Assembly (NCBI GenBank): GCA_964016885.1
Contig: OZ024740.1
Location: 388,182,001-388,246,000, forward strand
Length of the DNA stretch: 64,000 nt
From: Eledone cirrhosa
Taxonomy: Eukaryota
Reading direction: 5' to 3'
The translations under genes and the position numbers were made by a program. The notes under the pieces are model-generated. The model ran no database searches, was not told where the DNA came from, and was given only the letters and a program-made list of their open reading frames with translations. Positions 23,701 to 36,194 of this stretch are shown piece after piece. Within the stretch, counting starts at the first letter, position 1; every line of letters begins with the position of its first letter.

Positions 23701-24960
23701 TGATAATGTTTTTGAGAATTATGTTAGTCTTGTGTATTATCTTTTGGTTCTGTTTGGAGTTCTGGATCTTAGGGAGGGTGTCTCGTTGCCCCATGTCAGA
23801 TTCTTTCATTTTCATCCATTCGATCATAATTTCATCCTTCAAGTTGGCAAATTCATTCTCATTCATTTCTTTATCATTTACGATCTCATTATTTTCATTT
23901 GGGTTTCATCCTGAGCATGCACTCCCTCCACTTTTTCGCTCCTTTCTTTAATTTGTTCTGTTGCCAGTGATTCCGCCCCAACCCTGGGATTCGAAGTGTT
24001 ACAGTTTACCTCGTTTTCACTGACACATGCTTCATTTTCCCTTCGCTGACTTTGTGCTACTAGCTTGATCTGATCAATTTCTATATCAGTTAGTAACTTT
24101 TTTCTTACAATATTTCTTCGTATATTGGCTAGTTTGTTACTGTCAATATAGCCTCTGTTTTCGGGATGTTTCTTTTTCCAGTTGATATATGTTTGTTCTG
24201 TATTCGATGTATTTGATGGGTAGTATATGGCAGTGTAGAAAGCCTCAAGGACTTCTTTATTATCTTCCCTTGACCATTTTTCTCTCTTTTTCTTTGGATT
24301 TCTTGGTGGTGAGCATGGAGGGCCAACAGTAGGAGTATTCCGGTTATGGGAGGTCTCCAGCTCCGAAGTGATGGGAAGGTTTGAACCATTAGCTGATTTT
24401 TCGACCCCAGTCTGGTTCCTCTCTGAGGGACGCGGCTCTTTTTTACCCGGGTGACGGCCGATCCGCTATGAGATTTTATCATTAGACATTTACTTTATTT
24501 TGTCGCGTTTTATCCTTATCCGCCAAGGGGTAATCATTTCGTGTTACCACTTCTAGAACGAGTGTCAACCAAGACTAGAGGGGTCGTTCTCCCCTAGAGA
24601 CATGGCTATTCCCCGCCGGCCGCCATCCCGGTATTTCTTGGTGACGGGGTTTTCTTTTTGTTGTTTTTTTTAAATTGTTATTATCATGAGTGGTTCCTTA
24701 ATGTGAGCATTGCGTGGCTTAAGAATGAAATTATTAATAATTGTCTCCACTCCAGGCACAAGGCCAGCAATCACCCAGTGCATTACAATAATATAATATA
24801 TTTTTTGTTGTAGTTGGCTGTTATTGCTGCTGGCTATGTCGGTGGTGGTGCCGGGGCTTTTTATATTGTTGGTGAGGAAGGGGTGAGCCAGCAGTCCCAT
24901 AATTGTTGATGTAGACGTTTGGCCGTGGCAAGGTCACCAAGTCAATCTATTTATATCTTT
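20700..24960 (-). mobile_element. R4/Dong-type RLE retrotransposon, family B, full-length-like but frameshifted
   Basis: ORF pieces 24482-20841 with FYMDDLK, QGDSLSP, CRVC..HIISMC, NRPDI, KYKDL, GALG; (TTA)n on both sides (20661-20699, 24965-25062). Confidence 0.92.
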
Positions 24961-24979
24961 TGCTATTATTATTATTATC

Positions 24980-25043
<64 letters not shown>

Positions 25044-25062
25044 GTTGTTGTTGTTGTTATTA

Positions 25063-26040
25063 CTCTTTGAGTCTCAGTCATTGATGTTAGTTAACTGGAA
25101 AGTTTGTTGAAATGAATATCAAGCCACTACCTGCAGCCTCAGATATTCAGGACGTATCGGAGGGTTCTTGCTGTTCCCAGCAAGCATGCCTTTTGAAGCG
25201 TTCCAAAAAGCGTGAAGGGGCCAATTTTCTTTAACCATACCTGGAAACTTTTTGAGATAGTCCCTAGTGCGCCTATGACAATCGGGATCACTTTGACTTC
25301 ATGGCAGTTCCAAATCCTTTTTACCTCCCACTTTAAATCCTGGTATCGGTTAATTTTCTCCCTCTCCTTCTCTTGCACTCTCGTGTCGAATGGGCAGGCC
25401 ACATCCACAATCAGGCACGATCTTTTTTCTTTGTCCACAACCACCAGGTCAGGTCTATTGTGTTCCAGTTTCTTGTCCGTCTGTATCCTAAAATCCCACA
25501 GCACCTTCACCTGATCGTTTTCTATCACCGACTCTGGCTTATGCTCATACCATTACTCAGAATGTGGTAAATTGTTTACTTTGCACAGGTGTCAGTGGAT
25601 CACCCTGCCCATCACATCATGTCTCCAGCCCTTATAGTGGGTCTGGGCTAGGTGTTTACACTCGGATACAATGTGAGCCACAGTCTCCTCTCTCTCTCCA
25701 CAGATCCTGCACATTGGGCTAGCCTCCTCCTTGTAAATATGGTGTTTCAACCACTTCGATTTGAGGGTCTGCTCCTGCGCAGCCATTAACATTCCTTCTG
25801 TAGCCTTTTTAAGGTCTCCTCTTTTCAACCAGTTCCATGTCTGTGGATCTCTGAATTCAGTTTTCTCAAAGAAGGTACTATGAAGGGATTTTTCCTGAAG
25901 GCTGCTCTTTCTCCTTGATGTTATTTCCTCCTTGGACATCCCCTGGCCTATTGTCCCCTCCTTCAGTACAGTTCTGAGCATTGGCTCCTTACTATCAGTC
26001 ACGTATTTGTGTAGGTTGTTTTTCTCCATCTGAACACAGT
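25063..26040 (-). mobile_element. 5'-truncated copy of Dong family A (zinc finger + RLE + 3' UTR)
   Basis: Near-identical to 15670-16645. Confidence 0.95.
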
Positions 26041-26064
26041 TAAGGGTCGATTCAATCAATGCAT

Positions 26065-26153
<89 letters not shown>

Positions 26154-26276
26154 GCCAGCACCACCAGTTTTGCAAGAGATGTCAACATAAATGGACCTGT
26201 TATTTTTATCTAAAGACATTTCTTCCAATTCCAATCCGGCCGTCCTCTCAATCTATCTTATTTCTCATTCTTTCTT

Positions 26277-26304
26277 CTGATGAAGGACTAACGTCCGAAA
26301 CGTC
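26277..26304 (+). ncRNA. Minimal hammerhead-like core (weak stem I)
   Basis: CTGATGA-A-GGAC/TAAC/GTCC-GAAA-CG-TC, in a small element between (TA)n tracts. Confidence 0.55.
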
Positions 26305-26419
26305 AATACCCTCTTCCTGCTATTTAAAGCATTAACCCAATATATTCCTTCCATATACTGTACCGATTGTGTTGTTATCTCTGTTTAACTTTTACATAAA
26401 ATACATATATATATATACA

Positions 26420-27365
26420 GAGTGTTAAAACAATCAAATCTTAGTTTTATACATTTATTTGCTGACAATTGTTTCTTCCATAGGGATGTCTGGTATCATC
26501 GGAGCACAGGGAATGTCTAAACAGGTGTTTAAAATCCTAGTCTTCAGAACATTCAGGTAGATACTTAAGTGTTGTTAGTGTCATAGACGTCATGTAGAGA
26601 ATCGTGAGTTAAAAGAATGTTATGCTTCAGAGAACACAATTGAGAAATGGCGAAAAGTGCAAGAGGTACAAGCAAAAGGTACAAGCAAAAAAGTTCCAAA
26701 CAAGAAAAAATGTAAGATAGGATAGACATAAGATATATCATTGGAAATCAGGTAATGTTAAGGGTCGATACAATCAATGCAAGTATGAGGAAAGAGTTAT
26801 ATTACAGCTGAAATAAGAATATTTCGTGTAGAATGTAAAACCATGTTATAAATGGTAGAAATGTTTAAATTTTTACAAATGGCGTGCTATATGGTAGTGA
26901 CACATGTGATAAAATAGGTATATGTTATGTGAGATGTAATGCAAAGCACGTGATTGAATTGGGTAGGTAATTTTCATTCAATAATTTTTATATTGTAGTT
27001 CGTATATAGATGTATATGTTGGTTGTAACTCACATGCATTAACCATGGAATTCCCTTAGTTTGAGATGTAATATTTTTGAGATGTCTATAGTTTATAGGT
27101 ATGTGTTTGGTAAAAGTAAATTCCATCGAATTACAGGCCATGTTGTTATAGTAAGTACGTATGTTATACTATGCATTCCTATCTTCAAATTTTCTATTAA
27201 GGAATATTAGGATTTGCTTTATGTGCAGTTTGCATTAATCGTTATTAGGCTGCTGATAAGCCGTTAAGTTGTGTTAACTTTATGAATTCACACAGGAAGT
27301 TGTGTTCTACCCTCCATATTTATTACTGTATATTAAACATATATAAGTATAAATATTATTTTTAT
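26420..27365 (-). mobile_element. Degenerate Penelope-like 3' fragment with terminal hammerhead
   Basis: Decayed GIY-YIG-like coding remnant on the minus strand followed by an HHR and AATAAA; flanked by (TA)n. Confidence 0.5.
26460..26506 (-). ncRNA. Type I hammerhead, U4C core variant
   Basis: Minus strand TGCT-CCGATGA-TACCA..TGGAA-GAAA-CAATTG-TC-AGCA; palindromic stem III, GUC site. Confidence 0.7.
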
Positions 27366-27425
<60 letters not shown>

Positions 27426-27426
27426 C

Positions 27427-27529
<103 letters not shown>

Positions 27530-27538
27530 CAGAGAGAA

Positions 27539-27592
<54 letters not shown>

Positions 27593-27639
27593 CAAAGGAA
27601 ATGTGGTAAGGAACCAGATGGACCATAACGCACCAGATT

Positions 27640-29350
27640 TGCCAGAGTGGACATGGACCAATCGCATAGTGTCGACTAGATCGTATTTCGATAAGTTTTT
27701 GACTAGCTTAGCAGATATGGATGTGCAAGATCCACCTAGATAGAACTCATAGACAGAAACCCGGTTACTAGAAGATTAACGCATCGCCGCCGGCGCTAAA
27801 ACCTAGTTACTGGATTAGCATAATAGTTAATCAGGGGTTGACGAGGGCAGTCATCACCAACAGGGGTTGGGGTGCTATCAATAGAGCAATTAGATTAGAA
27901 TCGATAGCTTTTAGTAATAGAATAGCTTTTAGTCATAAAAATAGAACTGATGGGTAGTTAGTAGATATACGTGATGAGGCGATTAGAAGAGGCTCTGTTA
28001 CTGACGTGTTAGTTGCGAGAATGACACTAAACTACTTTGTTAACGCGAAACGCGAAGAGTGCATTGTCAGATCTAAGGCAGGTGCCCTAAAACTAGGGAA
28101 CGAAAGCTGGTCGATGTGTCGGAGACGGTAGCGGAGTACTGTTCTTACATCAACGGACTGCCATGACACCCAGTGATTGATGCTGAGTGCTGCGATAAGC
28201 CAATAACTGCAGCCGGGATACGAGAAGCCCTGGCCGGCTGTACGAGGCACAAATTGCCTAGTTTGGATAGTCAGTCCTATGAGTAATACTTAGACATGCC
28301 AGGCGTGATCTCTGATCTCCTCGAAACCATCTACTGCAACTGGCAGCAGAACGAGAGTATTCGGTTTCTGTGAGTTAGAACGCAGTAACACTAATGAGGA
28401 ACGACGAAATCAAGAGGGACGTTAAGAATAATTTCCAATTCGCAAGTCTGCTTGATACTGAGTTTAAACTTTGGCCAAGGTGTCAGGAACGAGGTCCAGA
28501 TCTGGTGAGGAAAGAGCAAACGTTTCTGTAAGTGCTGACTCGCGCGCCACTATTCTGGAAGCTCGAGCTGTGGTTAAATACTCCGATTGAAGCGAACTGC
28601 TTCGGCATATACGGAGTAAGTTAGCAGGAACGTTTTAGAGGAATGTGAATGTTTGACGAGAGCAAAGATTAATCAAGACAAATCGGTGGGTCTGCTCCTC
28701 GGTACCTGGAGAGGCAAATCCATGCCATTAAACAGCATCATCGGACACTGTTCGAAAGAATCATTGAATATGCTCGGTGACTGTTTTGGTCTGTCCAGAC
28801 ATCCAGATGGATAAGAAATGGGACGAAGTAACAAGCAGAGGGGCCACTCTCACCCAGATATGGGCCAAGAGGAAGCTATCCTTAAATGGTCGGGCGGATG
28901 TGGTGAACGCGTTGATCGCATCCGTCATCTATTACCAACTGACTTTCAAGCCCCACCCTGATCCACATCTCAACGAATTAGAGTCCTTTCTCATCAACGT
29001 TTTGTGGAAGAGTTTCCACTGGTGAGACTGTCCAACTGTTGCCAAAACACTTTACGTGGAGGGAGGGGACTGCAGTGCCTGATGATGCGCAGATATGCGC
29101 TGATGCTAAGTCATCTCCAGATATTGCTAAGAGGTGAACAGATGTCGTGTTGTCACTGTTTCTCAGGTACGTCTTTACTGGACTCGTCACCAAGGAAAAA
29201 CTGTCAGATGTTGGTGTTCCAGATGCGCGCAGAGCGAGTAAACCATTCTGGCCGCACTCGTCCAATGCCCGGGTATTGCTGACTTGTGGAGTTTTGTCGA
29301 AAATCTATTGTTGCATGTAGGACGGATCCGGCTTCCGGTCGACTACATGT
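27640..29350 (+). pseudogene. Old, heavily degenerate Tx1 ORF2 fragment
   Basis: WTWTNRI, YCNWQQN, DKKWDEVTSR, RKLSLNGRA, LMMRRYAL collinear with 11934-15353, with large deletions. Confidence 0.85.
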
Positions 29351-29520
29351 TGAAGATGTAATTACGCCTATATATAACAGAAATCCGATGGGATTTTAAT
29401 TCCAGAGTGGGGCCAGATCGATAGAGCCGAGCCTTCAGATGATCAAACGCGAAACGCGCATCACACCTCAATAAATGGATTGAAGAAGATCTAACAGTCC
29501 GTCCTTTTTATTATAAATAA

Positions 29521-29820
<300 letters not shown>

Positions 29821-29837
29821 TATATATATATATATAT

Positions 29838-30816
29838 ATGGTGGCTGCCAACTCGTTTTCGAGTACGGCCACTACTTTATATCCATGTAGGAGAACCCCT
29901 ACCGATGCGCTGAGCGAGTGTGACTTTTTAATCCAGCCAGCGACTTGAAAACTCTGGTACAAACACTACACTTGTGACAATTATTGACACATAGTGCATT
30001 GTCTTTGGTACCATGTGACGACAAGTGCAGAGAGATCTCCAGATATAAAGCAATGCCTGTGCCGTGAAGCTTTTATAGTGAGCAAAGGCACTGCACGAAG
30101 CCAGTCCCACTCTCTTAACCAAGATGATATTTACCAAAAAGAAGAACAAGTCAACATCATTGGATACCATCAGAGTTGCAGGTGTTATATCAGAGTTTTC
30201 CTTCTCCTAGAATTCTGCCTTGACAAAGGCTAAGGGGTCATCTCTCCCAGTGATTTTGGATGGCCATACATGTATACATACATACATATATATATGTATA
30301 TACATATATACATATATGTATACATACATGTACACATACATACATATATACATGTATACAGATATATATATATACATATATGTACACATGGTGGCTGCCA
30401 ACTCGTTTTCGAGTACGGCCACTACTTTATATCCATGTAGGAGAACCCCTACTGATGCGCTGAACGAGTGTGACTTTTTAGTCCAGCCAGCGACTTGAAA
30501 GCTCTGGTACAAACACTACACTTGTGACAATTATTGACACATAGTGTTGGGCCCATGGTACCATGTGACGACAAATGCAGAGAGATCTCCAGATATAAAG
30601 CAATGCCTGTGCCGTGAAGCTTTTATAGTGAGCAAAGGCACTGCACAAAGCCAGTCCCACTCTCTTAACCAAGATGATATTTACCAAAAAGAAGAACAAG
30701 TCAACATCATTGGATACCATCAGGGTTGCAGGTGTTATATCAGAGTTTTCCTTCTCCTAGAATTCTGCCTTGACAAAGGCTAAGGGGTCATCTCTCCCAG
30801 TGATTTTAGATGGCCA
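29838..30816 (-). mobile_element. Two tandem copies of an about 430-bp SINE-like element with (TGTA)n tail, probably RTE-related
   Basis: 29838-30268 and 30388-30816 near identical; CTAGGAGAAGGAAAACTCTGAT motif resembling RTE 5' regions; third copy at 53094-53505. Confidence 0.7.
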
Positions 30817-31400
30817 TTGACTCTTAAGAGCTCCTTTGCCTTTTGATATATATATATATACACATACATTTATATTTATATTTATATTTATATTTATATT
30901 TATATATATATACTTTTATCGGAGATAATTTTGCAGAGTTAATCCTTTTTCTTTTATCATTGGCACTCCTGTTCACATCAATTGGAGATATTCAGTGCTA
31001 ATGTTATGTACATATGTTTGCTAGAGCTGGGATAATTCAATATATATGATATGTCGTGAATGGAGAAGAGATGTGTGGTAATATTTGGGAGAAGGAATTA
31101 ACATTTACTGAAATCAACAAACATGAAATATCGAAGTATAAAATTAACCAACATCCATTGTTGTTTTCATTATTACAACTTTTCCGGGTAATGTGTTAAT
31201 TCATTAATGCATCGAATGAAAGCAAAATTATATTTTAACGATTCTTTGCGTTTTAGTACAAATACCACCGAGTTCAATTTTGAATGTCATCCTTCCGGGA
31301 TCGATAAAATGAAGTATCAGTCAAATACTTCGTCCATTCCCAAATTTATTGGCTTTGTGCCTAAATAATTACAACTCATTAATCATTATTGTCTCTTTAC

Positions 31401-31576
31401 ATTGGCAGTATCGGTAGAGGGTCGGACGCCATGCTTTCCAGCATAATTACGTCCCCTTACGATCTGAGTTCAAATCCCGCCGAGGTTGACTTTGCCTTTC
31501 ATCCTTACGGGGTCGATAAAATAAAGTACCAGTAATGTATTGGGTAATTGCTGGCCTTGTGCCTAAAGTAGAAACA
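31401..31576 (+). mobile_element. tRNA-derived SINE with Nin-type core and 16-bp TSD
   Basis: A box TGGCAGTATCGG, B box GAGTTCAAATCC, GCCTTTCATCCTTACGGGGTCGATAAA core; TSD ATTATTGTCTCTTTAC at 31385-31400 and 31577-31592. Confidence 0.9.
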
Positions 31577-31629
31577 ATTATTGTCTCTTTACTTGTTTAG
31601 CACCATATAACGTGTATATATATATATCT

Positions 31630-32332
31630 ATCTAAGGCGGGTAAAATTCCCGAGATCCATGGACGAGTTCTCTCCAGCGGTCTCTGTCCTTCATTATCGC
31701 TGCCATGTCCTGCGTCTCCAACAGACCAGTGTCTGTCCTTAGGGCATCAACATACGTTAACCTTGGTATTCCTCTTCTAGTGTGTCCATGTAGGGGCTCC
31801 CAAAGGAGCACTTAGTGCAATGTCAACTCTGGATGTCGGTGAGCATGTCCAGCTAACATCAGTCTCCTCTGTGTCAATTTTGAGCTGACTTTTGGGATGC
31901 TCCCATACAGCTCTGAGTTTTTCATCCTCGGTGTATACTGATTAATGTTCAGAGCCATTAATGAGTGTGGGGCATTAATGAGTGTGGGGCTGAGAATGAA
32001 TGAGACTAAAACAAAATATCTGGTAGAGAATGTTGAGAAATCAGAGGGGATCACTAATGTAGGCGGGAAGCCGCTGGAATTGGTTGAGAGCTTCCTGTAT
32101 TTGGGAGCAAAGATTGGGAATACGGAAGATGATGTGGTTGAGAGGAAGAGCAAGGCCTGGGCAGCGTGCCACAGCTTGAGATCGGTGTGGAAGTCGGACC
32201 TTCGTAGAGACCTGAAGGTCCGCCTCTTCATTGCTGTAGTGGAGTCTGTGCTGCTGTATGGGTCTGAGACTTGGACACTGACCAAGAAACTCACTCAGAT
32301 GGTGGATGGGTGCTACACGATAATGCTGAGGA
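31630..32332 (-). mobile_element. 5'-truncated RTE-clade LINE with inverted 5' segment
   Basis: Plus arm encodes GLRMNETKTK..YLG..LLYGSETWTLT..MLR; minus arm continues MALNI..LAGHAHRH. Confidence 0.85.
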
Positions 32333-32454
32333 TATATATATATATATATATAGTAATAATAATAAATTTGAAGACTAAAATCCAAAGAGGGCTCGATAAG
32401 GATAAATATATATCAAATATATAAGAACCGTAGAGCAAATATTTATTAAAATAA

Positions 32455-32529
32455 CAGATTAAAGTTTAAGCAAAGAATCGCTGCTGTCCCCCTTAACGGG
32501 ATCTTCTGAAACTAACAAAGTCAATCTGT
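32455..32529 (-). ncRNA. Degenerate hammerhead in PLE 3' pseudo-LTR (CAGAAGA core)
   Basis: Reverse complement of 36089-36162; GAAA reads GACA in this copy. Confidence 0.55.
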
Positions 32530-33371
32530 GAACGCAGAAGTGAATATTTCAAAAAACGTTGCAACCGGAGGAAGACAGGAAGACGATACTTTGGTTCGTG
32601 GAAACGTTCGCTGGCTAAGAACGGGAAAAAACGAATATAATACGTCATTAATAGGAGCGGTGAAAAACAATTACGCGCAAAGACAGAACCACGTTTATGG
32701 TATAAAAGAGGTCGTAGACTAATATTCTATTGGGTGGTTCATAGAGACGTTCTCTGGCATTGAACGGAAAAAACGAAGATAATACGTCATATGTGGATCG
32801 TGGAGAACAATTGCACGCAAGGACAAAACCATGTAAATGGTATAACAGAAGTCGTAGACTAAAATTCTAACTAGGAAACCGAATGATACAGAGGTAATGG
32901 AAATTAAATAAATACATACACGCAACCATATGCGTACATACACAAGCATACGCGAAAACACTCGCCATAGGTATACAAATACACGCACATATATATATGC
33001 GTGTGTGTGTGTGTGTGTGTGCGTGTATACAAATAATTAAATAAACGTATATAAATAAATAAATACGCATATAACAAGCGCACACACATACCTACATGTA
33101 TATACACATATGTTTGGAGACGTACGTCAACCAAAACACGAAGTACACATATACACACACCCTACATACGTACGAACCCGCATACTCACACAGACGCAAA
33201 ACTCACGTATACACATAACCAAAGCATATGTACCAGAATATATAAAATATACGCCATAACATATACAATCAAATATACGTAGGAGAAAGTATACGTACCT
33301 TCACAAAACATACAGGTAATATATACTTACCTATACAAATAAGTAATGGTATAAACATAACATATACTTAG

Positions 33372-35545
33372 CTACCACATCAAGACGTAAAATATCCGCG
33401 TATAGATCGTACTATCCGTTAGGGTATAACGTGGTCTGTAATACACGAAAGTGTTGTGCAATTTATGTTTACAAGCCGAAATTGCCTCAGAATTTTTGTT
33501 TAAGATGTGGTCTGTGGCGTAGAGTATTTCCAGGGCTTCAGCGGCGCAGAGGTCACATGGTCTTTTATTTCCGTTATACGATCTAGCCCTAGCTAGGATC
33601 TCCCAGTGTAACTTATATTGGGTGTGGTTGTCTTTTAGACTCCAGATATAAGCTGAAAGTGACATCATATTCCTTCTTAGAGGGTAACGAAAAGAATGGG
33701 TATGCATGTAAATACGCTGCTTGTGTCTATTGCCGGTTAACCCTATGTAGGCCCTACTGGACGTGGGTGTTTCAACCTTACAAATGTAGACAATGTTACT
33801 AGAGAGGCATTTCCCAGATAGGGGGCAGTCAACCCGATTCCTACAATTACAGTTAGTACTAACTACAGGGTTGCACGTGTGCCTACTGCTAGGTAGTTTA
33901 GCTAAATTAAAAGCTGTGATATTATGTGCAAGGTTAGGAGTCGTAGAGTAAGATATTTTAATAGTATTTCTATTAAAAATTTTACTATATTTATGTGTAA
34001 GGGGGGAAATGCTTCGTAATAAGAGAGAGAAAGATCTTAGCTAATGGTGTGGCCACCTCCATATTATATGGTGGGTTATACCATATAATGCGTCTGGATC
34101 TATTTCTTCTAGGTCTATTCTCGTACTCTGTATATGCTACCTTATTGACAAATCCACTCCGACCAAGAGCTTCATTGTAATATGTGGAATGGACGTTGAA
34201 AATATGCTCGTAAGTAGATAGACGGGAAAGCCTCAAAGAAACGTTTCTTACCAGGTACTTGGTTATGCTGGCAGGATGGTTAGAATGCTTACTTATGTAA
34301 TTAAGCGTATCATTCAGCTTACTATACGGGTAATACAACCCATTCGATAAATTGAGGGTAACGTCGAGGTAATTAACGACCGAGAGGTTGGCCTCAACCT
34401 GTATAGAGAGGTTGAAGCCTTTAAAGAAGGCTGTGAGTTCTTTTCTGAACATGTCGCAAGCACGTGGGCCGCACTTAGTCATGGTCAAAATACCATCATC
34501 ACGGTACAAACCACCGCCCACGTTGGGGAATTCGTCCTTGATAGAGAAAAGAAGGAAAAGGCCGATAAGATCAGTAACCTCCGCAGAATCGCTGGCCCCC
34601 ATACTCACGTCGAATGGGGTACTATTAGATTTTTTAATCCAAATAGAGTCGTCGAAATTAATCACCGACTTACGAGCATTGAGGATGACATCAAATTCGA
34701 AATCCTTAACCACTGTGAGTGTTTTAGCGAAATTGATAGCTCTAAGGAGAAGTGGTAAAGTGATGGAGGAGTAGTAATTATTGATATCAAATTGGATAAA
34801 ACGGCACTTTTCCTTGTTGCATATGCCGTTGAACCAATCAACCACCGCGAAAGAATTGTTCCACAGTGCAAGAGGGGCCAAACTTCTAATTTCAGGTATA
34901 ATTCTATCAATGATCCTTTTACTAAGTCTACCTAAATCGGACTTCGTAGGGTTAATAAGCCGAATAGATGGGTTGTTCGGAATATTGGATTTGTGATCCT
35001 TCAGGGTAAAGTGGAGAGAAATAGGGACCAGAGGTTCGGTCCGGTCCAGGATGTTGAGATCAGAGGTGATTTTTTAAACCCAGCATCGTTGATTTCATTG
35101 ACGACGCACCGATTGGTTTTATGATAATCCTTAGTTACAGCATTATGTAGTAGTTGATGGTAAGTACTGCGCTCCACTTGATATAGGTTGCCAGTTTTGT
35201 CGGAATGGACGTGCACGGCATTAGAATCCTTAATAGAACGAATTATATTCTTCAGGTCCTGCTGGAAAGAATTGCTCTTATTCCGAAATTTGATACTCCG
35301 TATGAGTTCCAAGACATCATTTTCGAAGGGTAGCAATGCTGGGTTACACGGAAGGTTATTATAGGTTTTAAACCCAAATTTATCCTGTTTGTTGTCTGCT
35401 TTTCCCTGATTATCGAAATAAAAGGTACCCCAACGCAACCTTTTAATGAACGCGTCTGTTTTCTGTATCAAGAGTTTTAGGTATGTTTTCCTGCTTGGTA
35501 CGGGTATGTTCTTTGTAGAAATATTCAGATGTTGTTCTGCATGAT
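33372..35545 (-). pseudogene. PLE polyprotein: RT + GIY-YIG endonuclease, frameshifted
   Basis: STKNIPVPS..FIKRLRW, QFDINNYYSS, MGA, LYRDDG, YLDV, WYNPPY, CNC..CPL..KC, YIGLT, CDLC..E motifs. Confidence 0.92.
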
Positions 35546-35694
35546 GAATATAAGTCAATAGAGTGCTCAACCGAGAGAGCCAAATAGTAATAATAATAAA
35601 TTTGAAGACTAAAATCCAAAGAGGGCTCGATAAGGATAAATATATATCAAATATATAAGAACCGTAGAGCAAATATTTATTATTATAAAATATT

Positions 35695-35879
35695 TGTTTC
35701 TACTTTAGGCACAAGGCCAGCAAATACCCAGAGCATTACTGGTACTTTATTTTATCGACCCCGTAAGGATGAAAGGCAAAGTCAACCTCGGCGGGATTTG
35801 AACTCAGATCGTAAAGGGACGTAACTATGCTGGAAAGCATGACGTCCGACCCTCTACCGATACTGCCAATCCACCGCCC
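35695..35879 (-). mobile_element. tRNA/Nin SINE inserted at the PLE inversion junction, 17-bp TSD
   Basis: Reverse complement of the 31401 SINE; TSD TATTATTATAAAATATT at 35678-35694 and 35880-35896. Confidence 0.92.
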
Positions 35880-36088
35880 TATTATTATAAAATATTAGTC
35901 TACGACTTCTTTTATACCATAAACGTGGTTTTGTCTTTGCGTGTAATTGTTTTTCACCGCTCCAAATAATGACGTATTGTATTCGTTTTTTCCCGTTCTT
36001 TGACAAGGAACGTTTCCACGAACCAAAGTATCGTCTTCCTGTCTTCCTCCGGTTGCAACGTATTTTGAAATATTCACTTTGGCGTTCA

Positions 36089-36162
36089 CAGATTGACTTT
36101 GTTAGTTTCAGAAGATCCCGTTAAGGGTAAAAGCAGCGATTCTTTGCTTAAACTTTAATCTG
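36089..36162 (+). ncRNA. Type I hammerhead fold in inverted PLE pseudo-LTR, U4A core
   Basis: Stem I AGTTT/AAACT extended by CAGATTGA/TTAATCTG; CAGAAGA; CCC/GGG; AAAA here (GAAA in copies near 41124 and 49267); GCA/TGC; CUU site. Confidence 0.65.
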
Positions 36163-36194
36163 TTATTTTAATTAATATATATATATATATATAT

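Larger units (their letters stand above)
32352..36175 (-). mobile_element. Near full-length Penelope-like element (Naiad-like) with pseudo-LTRs and 5' inversion, in (TA)n
   Basis: 32352-32446 repeated directly at 35586-35680; 32447-32725 repeated inverted at 35895-36172; ORF in between. Confidence 0.9.

Noticed and set aside
29430-29465. Hammerhead-like CAGATGA..GAAACGCG
   Set aside because: No usable stem I or II and no UH triplet; at most a decayed relic
31401-31485. Genuine tRNA gene
   Set aside because: A and B boxes lead into a SINE core with tail and TSD; no cloverleaf
33372-35545. Selenoprotein-type Naiad (in-frame UGA at Cys positions)
   Set aside because: The cysteine motifs I read (CNC..C..C, CDLC, CKH) use TGT/TGC; the stops seen are explained by frameshifts
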